Shown: in pieces, positions 22,333 to 55,430 of the stretch | How the letters are laid out: every line of letters begins with the position of its first letter | Numbering within the stretch: position 1 is the stretch's first letter | Position numbers and translations under genes: made by a program | From: the human T2T-CHM13v2.0 reference genome, Homo sapiens | Assembly: GCF_009914755.1 (NCBI RefSeq) | Contig: NC_060940.1 | DNA: 64,000 bases | Strand: one strand, 5' to 3' | The notes under the pieces: model-generated | The model's input: only the letters and a program-made list of their open reading frames with translations | Databases searched by the model: none | Told to the model about the DNA's origin: nothing

Positions 22333-22350
22333 AGCTGATCAGATGTCTGT
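22076..22350 (-). other. TFAP4: TFAP4 5' UTR (TSS approximate) containing (CA)n and (GCC)6
   Basis: GC-rich, no upstream ATG in 22076-22350; in-frame TGA at 22148-22150 bounds the main ORF; exact TSS cannot be read from sequence. Confidence 0.6.
22277..22328. repeat. (GT)n/(CA)n microsatellite at the TFAP4 TSS/5' UTR
   Basis: Pure (GT)22 at 22285-22328, preceded by gtgtgtat. Confidence 0.97.
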
Positions 22351-22864
22351 TTCAAGGCGGGAAACAGCTGGTGAAAACTCAGCACTCCCCCGGCCTCCTT
22401 CCGCGGAGTAAGGAATTGCATGTAAACAAAGGACTATTTGCAGCGCCCCCCGGGCGGCGCGAGGCCGGGGCGAGAGGGGCGCGGGCCCCCGGGGACCGGC
22501 TGCAACCGGGGTCTGCAGGCCTCTCGCGGGGCGCAGGGGGCCGGGGGCCGCGGGCGGGCTTGCGGGGCGCGGCGTGAATGGAGCGAGCTGCGGCCGAGCT
22601 ACATGCGCCACTATGGGTGATGAGGTCCATCAGCTGACAGGTTGGCAAGCGTTGCAAAAAAAAAAAAAAAAAAAGGCCAGCCACCGCGCAGGGAGCCCAG
22701 CCCGTGCAGCCCGGAGTCCAGCAGCGACTGGCCCAGAGCAGGGTCCGCGCGCTCGGCCGGCCCGCAGGGAGGAGGGGGCGCGGCTGGGTCGGGCGTGCAG
22801 CGGCAGCAAGGAAGGCGGCCTGGGGTTCGCGCTTGGGGCTTCTGCTTTTTCACCATTGCAGCTG
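22332..22864. promoter_or_regulatory. AP-4 boxes (CAGCTG) around the TFAP4 TSS
   Basis: CAGCTG at 22332, 22365, 22631 and 22859; CAGATG at 22340. Confidence 0.7.
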
Positions 22865-23747
22865 CACGGAGCGGAGCCTCTCCGGTGTGCTCCCTTCGAG
22901 CCGAGCCCAGGGCCCCCTGGAAACTTGCGTCACAGCCACCGCTTCCCACATGTAACTCGGGGCTGACTTCGGAGGCCGGCCAGCTTCCTCCCTCCCGCCT
23001 TGCTTAGCTGGCCGCACGGCCGGGACTCCGGATCCTGGGAATCTTGGACCCGGCGACGGGACGGCAAAGGGCGCCTCGGATGCTGGGGCCGCCCTAGGAA
23101 GCCGGGGGCCCCGGCAGGGAGGGGAGGGTGGAGGCGGGCCTGAACGGCAGCGGCCCCCGGGCGCAGGCTGCCAGCGCTGCGGGGAGGTCTGCTGGTTGCT
23201 GCCGGGTCCCCTGCTATTCCCCCAGACCCGCACTGTTCCCTCCGCGGGCTGAAGGCTGCAGCTTCCCATTCATAACAAAGCCCGTGTGGGACTTGCCCCT
23301 CCGCCAGGGTGCGCTCCCCAAGAGGGGGTGACGACTTGGGGCAGGGACGGGGACCCTGGCGGCGAGCTTCCGTCCTCCGCTCGCACGCCGCACCTTCCGG
23401 CCCCAGGCCCTCCCCTGGCTCCTGGAGGGTTGGCTCCTGGCTCAGGAAGCCCACGCCTGCCTTGGAATGTCCTGGATCCTGCCCACCGCCTTCCAGGTTC
23501 CGCCTAAATCGCGCCTCCTAATTTGACTTATTCCTACTAGTAACAATAGTTACTGTTATTATTGGGAAATATTGTTATTAGATGTTGCCAGCACCCGGTG
23601 GATGCCGAGCAGTTTTGCATACACGCTCTCCAATCCTTGAAGCAACCTGTTAGGCAGTTTCTCTAAGGAGAGATCCCAGACCACTTGACCAAAAAAAAGT
23701 CTCTGGAAGGCTTACTATGTTTCTACTTAAAAAAAAAAAAACTTTCG

Positions 23748-29506
<5,759 letters not shown>

Positions 29507-29507
29507 T

Positions 29508-29755
29508 TAGGAGTCAGCAAGGTTTTTTCCCTAAAGTACCAGATAGTAAATATTTTAGGCTTTGCAGACCACACGGCCTCCTGCAAGCACTCTATTGTCC
29601 CTCCGGCTGGAAAGCAGTCCTAGATGGTATATGAATGAATGGGCATCTCTGGGTGCCAATAACACTTTGCTTATGGACACAAATGGAATGTCGTATAATT
29701 TCATGTGCCACAAAATATCATTTGATCGCTTTCCAACCATTTGAAAATGTAAAAG
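29508..29755 (+). mobile_element. MER58-type DNA transposon
   Basis: Start aggagtcagcaa...ccagatagtaaatattttaggctttgcag matches the MER58 5' end. Confidence 0.7.
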
Positions 29756-29756
29756 T

Positions 29757-29949
29757 TCTATGGCCTCCGTAACAAGTTACTACAAGCTTAGTGGCATAAA
29801 ACAACATAAATTTGACCAGGAATCATGGCTCATGCCTGTAATCTCAGCACTTTGGGAGGCTGATGCAGGAGGATCACTTGAGGCCAGCAGTTGGAGACCA
29901 GCCTGGGCAGCAACATAGGGAAATTCCATCTCCACAAATATATGTCTGT

Positions 29950-29990
<41 letters not shown>

Positions 29991-30410
29991 ATTTTAAAAA
30001 ACAACACAAATTTATTCTCTGAAGGTCAGAAGTCCAGATGGGTTATGTTTGGCTAAATTCAGGGTGTAAGCAGGGTTGTATTTCTCCTAAAGTTCTAGGG
30101 AAGAATCCGTTTCCTTCCCTTTTCCAACTTGTAGATGCCACTCACATTCCTTGGCTTGTGGCCCCTTCCTCCATCTTCAAAGTGCACTTCTCAGTCTCTG
30201 CTTCTGCCATCCCATCTCTCTCACCCTTTCATCTCCCTCTCTTGATGACCTTGGGCCCACCCAGATAATGCAGAATAATCTCCCCATCTCAAAATCCTTA
30301 ACGTAATCACAACTGCAGAGTCCCTTTTGCCACATAAGGTAACTATTGATAGGTTCTGGGGATGGGGCATGATCTTCATTGGGGGGGCCATTATTCTGTC
30401 TACCACACCA
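29757..30410. mobile_element. MLT1 (MaLR) LTR interrupted by an Alu monomer
   Basis: MLT1 hallmarks (gggcccacccagataat...aatctccccatctcaaaatccttaa...ggggggccattattctg); TSD aaaacaaca(t/c)aaattt around the monomer. Confidence 0.8.
29943..29986. repeat. (TG)n microsatellite in the tail of an Alu monomer
   Basis: Read directly; two TC interruptions. Confidence 0.9.
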
Positions 30411-30439
30411 TTCTTGGTTTGTGAGCCATGCAACAGGCA

Positions 30440-30675
30440 GTAGTTATCATAGGCCCCAGCAATTCCACTCCTAGGTAAACATCCAAGAGAATGAAAACAG
30501 GGACTCAAACAGATCATGGTACACCCATGTCCACAGCAGCATTATTCATACGAGCCAAAACATGGAAGCAACCTAGTATCTATCAACTGATGAATGGATA
30601 AACTAAATGTGGTCTGTCCATACAGTGGAATATTATTCAGCCATAAGACAGAATGAAGCACTGACACCTACTACA
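30440..30675 (+). mobile_element. L1M(B)-type 3' fragment
   Basis: cccagcaattccactcctagg...gatgaatggataaactaaatgtggtctgtccatacagtggaatattattcagcc. Confidence 0.85.
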
Positions 30676-30676
30676 G

Positions 30677-31035
30677 CATTACATTTATTGCATACCTTAT
30701 TTCTATTATTACACTATAATATATAATAAAATAACTATGCAACTCACCATAATGTAGACTCAATGGGAGCCCTGAGTTTGTTTTCCTGCAACTAGACAGT
30801 CCCATCTGGGGGTGATGGGAGATAGTGACAGATCATCAGGCATTAGATTCTCATAAGAAGCACTCAATCTAGATCCCGCACACCCATAGTTCATTCACAA
30901 TAAGGTTGCACTCCTATGAGAATCTAATGCCACCGCTGATCTGGCAGGAGGCGGAACTCAGGCAGTACCGCTAGCCATGTGGAGTGGCTGTAGATACAGA
31001 TGAAGCTTGGCTGGCTGGCTCACTTGTTCACCCAC
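30677..31035 (-). mobile_element. MER1A-type hAT-Charlie DNA transposon (partial)
   Basis: ttttcctgcaactagacagtcccatctggggg...ggcattagattctcata...tatgagaatctaatgcc, the MER1 internal inverted repeat. Confidence 0.8.
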
Positions 31036-31225
31036 CAAGAGTTCAACACCAGCTGGGAGAGGTGGCTCATGCCTGTAATCCCAGCACTTTGGGAGGCCAA
31101 GGCAGGCAGATCACCTGAGGTTAGGAGTTCAAGATCAGCCTGGCCAATATGGTGAAACCCTATCTCTACAAAACTACAAAAATTAGCCAGGTGTGGTGGC
31201 CTGTGCCTGTAATCCCAGCTATTCA

Positions 31226-31474
<249 letters not shown>

Positions 31475-32526
31475 TTATAAAAGCAGTGGGCTGGGCCAGG
31501 CTCAGTGGCTCATGCCTGTAATCCCAGCACTTTGGGAGGCTTGAGGAGGTCAGATCACCTGAGGTCAGAAGTTCGAGACCAGCCTGGCCAAATGGTGAAA
31601 CCCTGTCTGTATTCAAAATACAAAAACTAGCTGGTTGTGGTGGTGGGCGCCTGTAATCCCAACTACTGAGGGGGCTGAGGCAGGAGAATGGCTTCAACCT
31701 GGGAGGCAGAAGTTGTGGTGAGCTGAGATCACACCATTGCACTCCAGCCTGGGTGACAAGAGCAAAACTCCCTCTCAAAACAAACAAACAAAAAATGCAG
31801 TGGGCCATAGTCGGCTGACCCCATTGATCCTGCTAACTCCTGCAGCTGTGACCCAGTTCATCTCACACTGCCTGCTCTTCCCCTCTCCCTACCTGAAAGA
31901 AACAGCCAAATATGGCTAGAAAGAGGAAATCCCACAACCTTGCTGATTGGTTTGTTTTTATTTTTTCCCTCCAGTCAGCAACAGTTGTATTAGGGATGTT
32001 GTCAAAGTCAAAGTCACCCGCTAGGTGACGGGTTTTTGGATTTTTGTTTTTTTTTTTTTTTGAGACAGGGTCTCACTCTCACTCAGGCTGGAATGCAGTG
32101 GTGCACGGCTTATTGTAGCCTCCTGGGCTCAAGCAATCCTCACGCCTCAGCCTCCCAAAGCACTGGGATTACAGGCGTGAGCCACTGCACCAGATCCTCT
32201 TTTTTTTTTTTTTTTTTTTTTTTGAGACGGAGTCTCTCTCTTTCGCCCAGGCCAGACGGCAGTGGCGCTCTCTCTGCTCACTGCAAGCTCCGCCTCCCGG
32301 GTTCACGCCATTCTCCTGCCTCAGCCTCCAGAGTAGCTGGGGACTACAGGTGCCAGCCACCATGCCCGGCTAATTTTTTGTATTTTTAGTATAGACAGGG
32401 TTTCACCATGTTAGCCAGGATGGTCTCAATCTCCTGACCTTGTGATCCACCCATCTCAGCCTCCCAAAGTGCTGGGATTACAGGCATGAGCCACCGTGCC
32501 CGGCCTCCACCAGGTCCTTTTTTTGA

Positions 32527-32685
<159 letters not shown>

Positions 32686-33281
32686 TAGTAGAGATGGGGT
32701 ATCTTCATGTTGGTCAGCCTGGCCTCGAACTCCAGACCTCAGGTGATCCGCCCGCCTTGGCCTCCCAAAGTGCTGGGATTACACGCATGAGCCATCGCGC
32801 CCAGCCTGCCACTGCTCTTATTTTTAAGTGCCTGATCCATACCCTCAAGTGGGTCTGGGGGTTGCTGTGACTGCATCCTGTTGCCCTGGCCCCTTCTTCC
32901 TACCCTTCCTTCTCCTCTCCCCTCAAGCCCTCTAGCACCTCCTCCTTGCTTGTAGCTCACTTCCCGTTCCTCTGAGGGAAATGGAAGCAATTAGAAGAGA
33001 CCTTCCACAGGCTGCCATGCCCGCCACTGCCTCCCTCTCTGTGCCTGGGAACTGCCATCGGCCAGTGTCTCTGGATGAGCATCCATGCTGTTCATGCACA
33101 GAAGACCCTTCTACTTGCACAACTCAGAGCCGTCACTCCAGAAACTGTCCTCTCTCCTTTGTCTTCAGTGCACACCGTCTTTTGGATCATACCCATTACT
33201 AACAAGCTGTTACTATTCTCCTTTCAAACCAACGGACTGACCCTAGATCCCCTTAGCTCTGCTCTCTTTTCTTGGTTTTGA

Positions 33282-33437
<156 letters not shown>

Positions 33438-33653
33438 TAACAGCAAAACTCCTTGAAATGGATGTTCACACTCACTCTCTCCCCTTCCCTCCTGCTCACT
33501 CCATCACACCCCCATGACTGCATGGGGGCAGTGACTCATTTCTGTAATCCTAGCACTTTGGGAGGTCAAAGCAGGAGGCAGGAGGATGGCTTGAGCCCAG
33601 GAGTTCCAGACCAGCCGGGCAACATAGCAAGACTTCATCTTTATAAATAATTA

Positions 33654-33887
<234 letters not shown>

Positions 33888-34124
33888 TCACGAGGTCAGG
33901 AGTTCAAAACCAGCCTGGCCAAGATGGTGAAACCCCCATCTCTGCTAAAACTACAAAAATTAGCCAGGCGCAAGGGCAGGCACCTGTAATCCCAGCTACT
34001 CAGGAGGCTGAGGCAGGAGAATCGCTTGAACCTGGGCAACAGATCGCACCTGAGCCGAGATCGCACCACTGCACTCCAGCCTGGGCAACTGTGAGACTGT
34101 CTCAAAAATAAATAAATAAATAAT

Positions 34125-34127
<3 letters not shown>

Positions 34128-34158
<31 letters not shown>
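34128..34158. repeat. (CA)n microsatellite after an Alu tail
   Basis: Read directly. Confidence 0.9.
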
Positions 34159-34161
<3 letters not shown>

Positions 34162-35050
34162 CCTTCTCTTTTCAAAGTCACGAGGACCTCCAGGATGCTA
34201 CATCTGGGTCTCTGTTTTCTGCCTTCACTGCATCTGACCTTCTTGAAATTCTTTTTTTGCTTTGCGTCTAGGACATGCCCACGGCACAGCCCTCAGACCT
34301 GTCTCTGTCTACACACACTCCCTGCTCTTCAGACAACAGACTTCCAGAAACCACTAGCAGCCACGAAGTGTGGTACAGAATCCAGGTCCTGCCTGAACCC
34401 CAACCCTACTAACCTGACTCTGCTCTCTCATCTGCAAAATGAAAGCCACACAGCATCTCCCTGGCAGGGCTGTTGTGAAAAGCTGGTGACAGCCTGGCAT
34501 GTCACGGCATCAATGAGTGTTGGTTGCTGTCATCCCTGGCACCAAGTTGCCATGGGCGGCAGTGGCCAGAGGCGTCTGAGCTGACCTTGGAGAACGACAA
34601 GATTTCCTGATATGTAGGGAAGGTCGGAGGTGGGGCTCAGCCTTTCCCCTTCCCAGCTCTACGTGGCAGCAGGTGGGAGGCAGCAGGCATGCGCTGGGCT
34701 TTGCTGTTCACACAGGGTGCACCTGCTTCCCACTCGAAACACCCTCATGTGGTGGGGCAGTGAAAATTGGCAAACAAACCACTTGCCCTGTAAAAGGTGG
34801 GTCTCTTGGCCGGTCACAGTGGCTTATGTCTGAAGTCCTGGCTACTCAGGAGGCTGAGGCGGGAGGATTGCTTGAGCCTAGGAGTTAAGGCTGCAGTGAG
34901 TCGTGATCATGCCACTGCACTTCAACCTGAGCAACAGAGCAAGACCATGTCTCAAATAAATAAATAAATAAATAAATACAAATAAAAGGTGGGTCTCTGT
35001 AAAGAAAGTAATCAGCAGAGTGTGGTGGCACACATCTGTAATTTCAGCTA

Positions 35051-35482
<432 letters not shown>

Positions 35483-36073
35483 CTAAAGATGGCCACAAGT
35501 CCAGGAAGCCCCAGAAAGCAAGCATGGGGGATTCCTTAGAGCAGAGGATTCAGGACTCCTTCCCTTGGCTCTTTCCTCACTGGCTCGGAGGTGTCAGCTG
35601 CTCTGACCATGCCATCAGCACAGCAGTTTTCAGGACAAAGGCTACCCCCAACCCCTTCCCAGGCTGGTTGGGAGCTGCTGGTTGGAGATGGGAAATCATA
35701 AGAACTGCAGCCAGGAGGAAGAGCTGTCGGCAAAGGTGGCTGCTGCAGAGGTGAGGATAGGTTGTTCTCATTTTTACACTTAGGTTTTTGGGTCTTTTTT
35801 TTCGGGGGGTGGGGTTTGATCACAGTGGTGCAATCATGGCTCACTGCAGTGTCAACTTCCTGGGCTCAGGCCGGGCACAGTGGTTCACACCTGTAATCTC
35901 AACACTTTGGTAGGTAGGGGCGGGCGGATCACTTGAGGTCAAGAGTTCGAGATCAGCCTGGGCAACATGATGAAACCCCATCTCTACTAAAAAATTACAA
36001 AAATTCGCCAGGGGAGGTAGCACACGGCTGTAGTCTCAGCTACTCAGGAGGCTGAGGTAGAAGAATCACTTGA

Positions 36074-36492
<419 letters not shown>

Positions 36493-36704
36493 TGATCTCC
36501 CCGCCTCGGCCTCCCAAAGTGCTGGGATTACAGGTGTGAGCCACCGCGCCTGGCTAGAGACAGCGTTTCACTGTGTTAGCCAGGAATGGTCTCAATCTCC
36601 TGACCTCGTGATCCACCTGCCTCAGCCTCCCAAAGTGATGGGATTACAGTCGTGAGCTACTGCGCCCGGCCTAATATTATTCAGCATTTTTTTTTTTTTT
36701 TTGA

Positions 36705-36809
<105 letters not shown>

Positions 36810-36852
36810 TGAAAAGCTGGGATTACACGCATGCACCACCACGGCCGGCTAG

Positions 36853-36996
<144 letters not shown>

Positions 36997-37779
36997 TAAT
37001 TTTGTATTTTTAGTAGAGACAGGGTTTCTCCATATTAGTCAGGCTGGTCTTGAACTCCCAACCTCAGGTGATCCACCTGCCTCGGCCTCCCAAAGTGCTA
37101 GGATTACAGGCGTGAGCCACCGCACCCGGCCTATATGTGTTAATTTTCTTAATTTTTTTGTAGAGATAGGGTCTTCCTATGTTGCCCAGGCTTGTCTCAA
37201 ACTCATGGACTCAAGCGATCTTCCAGCCTCAGCTTCCCAAGGTGCTGGGATTACAGGTGTGAGCCACTGCGCCTGGCCAACTCTGCTTTTTAAGAGTGCA
37301 TGTGATTAGGTCAGAATCATTGATAATCTCTCTGCCTCAAGGTCAACCATAGCATGTCATGCATCCTAACCACAGAAGTGATATATTTGTAGGTTTTGCC
37401 CACACTCATCAAAAGGGGGTTACACCAGGGTAAAGGGCATTGGGGGTCACAGGAAAATTCTCCTGCCCCAGATGGGGGGTTTGAAGGTAGGATAGAGTAA
37501 GGGAGGAGAATTTCCTGAGAACATACAGAGAATTGGAGATGGAACCCAGGCAGGAATCTATGTCCTCAGTCTTAACGAGGCTTGTTCCGCTATAGAAATT
37601 TGCTGGGAGCAGGGGGATGCAGCACCTGACCTTTCCGGCCCTGCTATACTCCCGTGCATATGGGGAACCATAGCCTCTTTGGGGTGGTGGCGGGGGCAGG
37701 GACACCAGTCGTTGGAGCCAGGTTGAGAAGCAAAAAGTCCCTGCCTGGGAAAGGATCCTGGATGCTCCCAGGAAGGCGG

Positions 37780-38070
37780 AACGGGGGTCAGATGCTCCTA
37801 CTGGGGTTCGGAGCAAAGCCACTTCCGGTCCTCTGGCCCTCCTCTCCCCAAGTCAGGGGGACATCTCTGGGCTCACAGGGCTGGGGCTCCCCCGACCAGT
37901 AGGGGGCGTCCGGCACACGCGCTGCTTTGTGGATGCCGAGCAGGAACACGGTGGGGGAGCCCCAGGCAGGTAGGTGTTGGGGTGAAGGGGCTGACCGCAG
38001 CCCCCCACAATCCCGAGGCCCTGCAGATCCCTACAGTGCCTGGCTTGTCTAGGGAGACCTGTGATGCGCG
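37780..38070. promoter_or_regulatory. Distal element with CTCF and ETS motifs
   Basis: ACTTCCGG at 37821-37828; CCAGTAGGGGGCGT at 37896-37909; local CpG enrichment in a repeat-poor island. Confidence 0.6.
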
Positions 38071-38427
38071 CCTCCTCCTCCTCAGTTGGATCTGATTCAC
38101 TTTGGCCATGAGTAAGCACTGAAAATGCAGCTGGTTCCCGATGGCTCACACCTGGGATCCCAGCCCTCTGGGAGGCCAGATGAGAGGATCATTTGAGCTC
38201 AGGAGTTCCAAACCAGCCTGGGCAACATAGCAAGATTTCATCTTTAAAAAAAATTAGCAGTGCGCGGTGGCTCATGCCTGTAATCCCAGCACTTTGGGAC
38301 GCCGAGGCAGAAGGATCATTTGAGGTCAGAAATTCGAGGCCAGCCGGGACAACATGGTGAAACCCCACTTCTACTAAAAATACAAAAATTTGCCGGGCGT
38401 GGTGGTGGGCAGCTGTAATCCCAGCTA

Positions 38428-38626
<199 letters not shown>

Positions 38627-38699
38627 TCACTTGAGCCTACGAGTTCAAGACCAGCCTGGGCAACATAGCAAGCCCCCCATCTCTACAAAAAATGTTTTA

Positions 38700-39580
<881 letters not shown>

Positions 39581-41542
39581 TCAAAAAAAAAAAAAAAAAT
39601 TAGCTGGGCCTGGTGGCACATGCTGTGGTCCCAGCTACTTAGGGAGCTGAGGTGAGAGGATCACTTGATCCCAGGATGTTGAGGTTGGAGTGAGTCATGA
39701 TTGCACCACTGCATTCCAGCCTTGGTGACCCAGGGAGACCTTGTCTCAAAAACAAACAAACAGACACACAAACAAACACACAAAAATGGGGCTGGCTGCA
39801 ACCCTATTTGAGGTGGCTGGAGTCCCCTGCACCCTCTCTCTCTGGCCCCAGCTATGGGCGCCTGCCAGCCCTCTCCCTCTCCTTCTCCCTCTGCCTCTCC
39901 GTCTCCCCTCCATCAGCTCACCCGCCCTGTCCTTTTCAGCACTCAATTTCTCTTCCTCCTCCCACACTCGAAGAGGATTTCAGCTCCCTTTAGGGACTTT
40001 TCCCCTAGGGAAGTGCCTCTCTGCTTCTCAGTGTCCACAAGGAGGAACCAGGTGCCCAGGCCTTCAACCGAGTGCACTCCCTCTAGAAACACTCAATTCA
40101 CAGCCATGCTGGCTGGACTGTTTCTGCTTTACACAGAAATGGCCATCAAACTGCTTTATCAATTGATTATGAGGCCATGGGGCAGTTACAATAATTTCAT
40201 CAAGCAGAGCAGAGCCTGTTGACATGGAGGATGGACATTTCTGAAGACCCTCAAAGAATTAGCTGTAACCATGAGACCAGATCTAAGACCCCTGACACCC
40301 AGCCTGGGGCCTTCTCACCAGGAGGCCTCTGGTTAATAGAAAATGAGAGTAAATCAGGCCAGGCGTTGTGGCTGACACCTGTAATCCCAGCATTTGGGAG
40401 GCCGAGGCAGGTGGATCAACTGAGGTCAGGAGTTCGAGATCAGCCTGGCCAACATAGTGAAACCCTGTCTTTGCTAAAAATACAAACATTAGCTGGGCTT
40501 GGTGGCGTACCCCTGTAATCCTAGCTACTCAGAAGGCTGAGGCAGGAGAGTCGCTTGAACCCAGGAGGCAGAGATTGCAGTGAGTCGAGATCGTGCCACT
40601 GCACTGCAGCCTGGGCGACAGAGTGAGACTACGTCAAAAATTAAAAAAAAGAAAGAAAGATGAAAGAAAGAAAGAAAGAGGCCAGACACGGTGGCTCACG
40701 CCTGTAATCCCAGCACTTTGGGAGGCTGAGGCAGGCAGATCATGAGGTCAGGAGATCGACACCATCCTGGCTACATGGTGAAACCCCATCTCTACTAAAA
40801 ATACAAAAAATTAGCCGGGCGTGGTGGCGGGCACCTGTAGTCCCAGCTACTCAGAAGGTTGAGGCAGGAGAATGGCGTGAACCCAGGAGGTGGAGCTTGC
40901 AGTGAGCCGAAATTGCGCCACTGCACTCCAGCCTGGGCAACAGGGCGAGACTCCATCTCAAAAAAAGAAAAAAGAAAGGAGAGAGAGAGAGAGAAAGAGA
41001 AAAGAGCCAGCCAAGGAACCAAGGCAGTGTGGCCAGAGAGAGTGGAGGGTCAAAGGAGGCCCACAAGAAATCAAGGGGAGCTAGGGGCCGTGGCTCACAC
41101 TTGTAACCCCAGCACTTCGGGAGACTGAGGTAGGAGGATCACTTGAGCCCAGGAGTTTGAGACCAGCCTGGACAACATAGCAAGACTCCTTCTCTACAAA
41201 AATTTAAAAATTAACTGGGTGTGTTGGTGGTGCACCTGGCCCAGATACTTGGGAGGCTGAGGAGGTAGGATCACTTGAGGCCAAAAGGTTGAGGCTGCAG
41301 TGAGCCATGATCATGTCACTGCACTCCAGCCAGGGCAAGCAAGTGAGACTCTTGAAAAAAACAAAGAGCCGGGTATGGTGGCTCACGCCTGTAATCTCAG
41401 CACTTTGGGAGGCTGAGGTGGGCAGATCACTTGAGTGCAGGAGTTTGAGACCAGCCTGACCAACATGGTGAAACCCCATCTCTACTAAAAATACAAAAAT
41501 TAGCCAGGCGAGGTGGCACACTCCTGTAGTCCCAATTACTCA

Positions 41543-41638
<96 letters not shown>

Positions 41639-42361
41639 TCAATCTCAAAAAAAAAAAAAAAAGAATGAAAGAAACCAGAAAGTTGCATTTGGGGATCAGA
41701 AGAAAGGCAGGAAGCAGAGGCATGTGGGATGAGGACACCTGGGAGGTGCCATCTCCAGTGTCCCTCTGGGTGACTGGATCTCTTCACATGGAGTAGACAG
41801 AGGTTGGGAACGGAAGGTGGAATGTCATGTTCCACTTGAGACTGGAAAAGGGAAGGCTGGGGCTGACCAGGCCAGAGGAGGGCTGGAGGCCTGCGCTCAT
41901 GAAAACCAAAGCTGGGTGAGTTTCCAGCTGGGAGAGGCAGCCAGGAAACAGGGCCAGCTCTCCCTGGGGAGGGGCAGGCTCCAAGCCCCAGTGTGGGTCC
42001 GGGGGCGGGAGCCATAGATCATCACCAGCGCAGGCCAGTGCTGCTGTGGGGGCTTTCTTCGCACTCCTAGTTTCTTTTTTTTTTTTTTTTTTTTTTTTTT
42101 GAGACGGAGTCTCGCTCTGTCGGCTCACTGCAAGCTCTGCCTCCTGGGTTCACGACATTCTCCTGCCTCAGCCTCCCGAGTAGCTGGGACTACAGGCACC
42201 TGCCACCACGCCCGGCTAATTTTTTTTTTGTATTTTTAGTAGAGACGGGGCTTCACCGTGTTGGCCAGGATGGTCTCGATCTCCTGACCTCGTGATCCAC
42301 CTGCCTCGGCCTCCCAAAGTGCTGGGATTACAGGCGTGAGCCACCGCGCCCAGCCTCCTAG

Positions 42362-42984
<623 letters not shown>

Positions 42985-43270
42985 TGAAATGTAGCCCCTT
43001 CCTGTGGGCTGATGGTCAGAGCCAGACTGTCAGAGGAAGGAGCAACTCGTAGGGGTCAGAAAGGGTTTTGGCTTCAAGTCTGTGCAGACAAGGAAGAAGC
43101 AAGCGCAGTAAGCACTGTGGAGTGGGGACCGGGGGCAGCAAAGGGACCGGCTCTGGGATTGCTCTCTCCTCCCTCAAGCCCGCCAGAGCTTGAGCCCCTG
43201 GTGCCCCTTTCCTGCTGTGCAGCTGCGGCCGCCAGCGCATCAGGGGTTAATGTCTGGCTGGTGCCGGCTT

Positions 43271-43300
43271 CAGCAGCAGCAGCAGCAACAGCAGCAACAG
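43271..43300. repeat. (CAG)5 CAA (CAG)2 CAA CAG trinucleotide repeat
   Basis: Read directly; intergenic. Confidence 0.95.
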
Positions 43301-43899
43301 ACAGTGGTGCCAGTAACTCAGAGGCTGAAATGTGAGAAGCAAGACGAGAGGGGCAGGGCTGGGAAAGGCTGAGCAGCAGCGAGCAGAGAGGGTTTCCCTG
43401 GCAGGAGCCACAGGAGGCTGCCTGGTCCTCCCTTCCATGGCCCTGCCGTACAGCTGGCCCTCCAGCCTCGGGCTGGGGTATGGCACCCTCTCAGGGTGGT
43501 GGGGGTGTCCATGGTCATGGCCAGCGTCCAAGCCCTTAGGCCACCGGGAAGCAGTTCCCTACTGCAGATCTAGGGAAGGGGCACAGGCGCCCAGGCAACC
43601 AGCAGAGAAGGCACCCGGCTCTGCCCGGCTCTGCAGGAAGCTCTAGGTGGGGAGATGGGGCAGTGGCAGAGTGGGGCCTGGAGAACCGAGGAGGAGGACA
43701 GGGAGATCCCTCGGGGTGTCCCAACCGCAGAGGCCTGGCCTCGACTTCACCCTTCCCCACCTTGGGAAAGCTGAGGCACAGGAAGCTTCCCTGATAAATG
43801 GATAAATGAGCCTCCTGCTGCTTGGGGGCAGGGAATGTCGCAGGGCTGCTGCCCCCTCCACGGGCCTGGGTGTCCGCCTGCCTTTGCACAGGCACCTCA

Positions 43900-55430
<11,531 letters not shown>

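Larger units (their letters stand above)
20550..23520. promoter_or_regulatory. TFAP4: TFAP4 promoter/exon 1/intron 1 CpG island
   Basis: Dense CpG and GC boxes, no Alus, spans exon 1; FOX-type TGTAAACA at 22421-22428; A19 tract at 22656-22674. Confidence 0.93.

Noticed and set aside
22076-22421. N-terminal extension of TFAP4 from an upstream ATG
   Set aside because: In-frame TGA at 22148-22150 blocks it for any (CA)n length
30838-30932. Long hairpin ggcattagattctcata...tatgagaatctaatgcc as a possible pre-miRNA
   Set aside because: Intrinsic internal inverted repeat of the MER1 transposon
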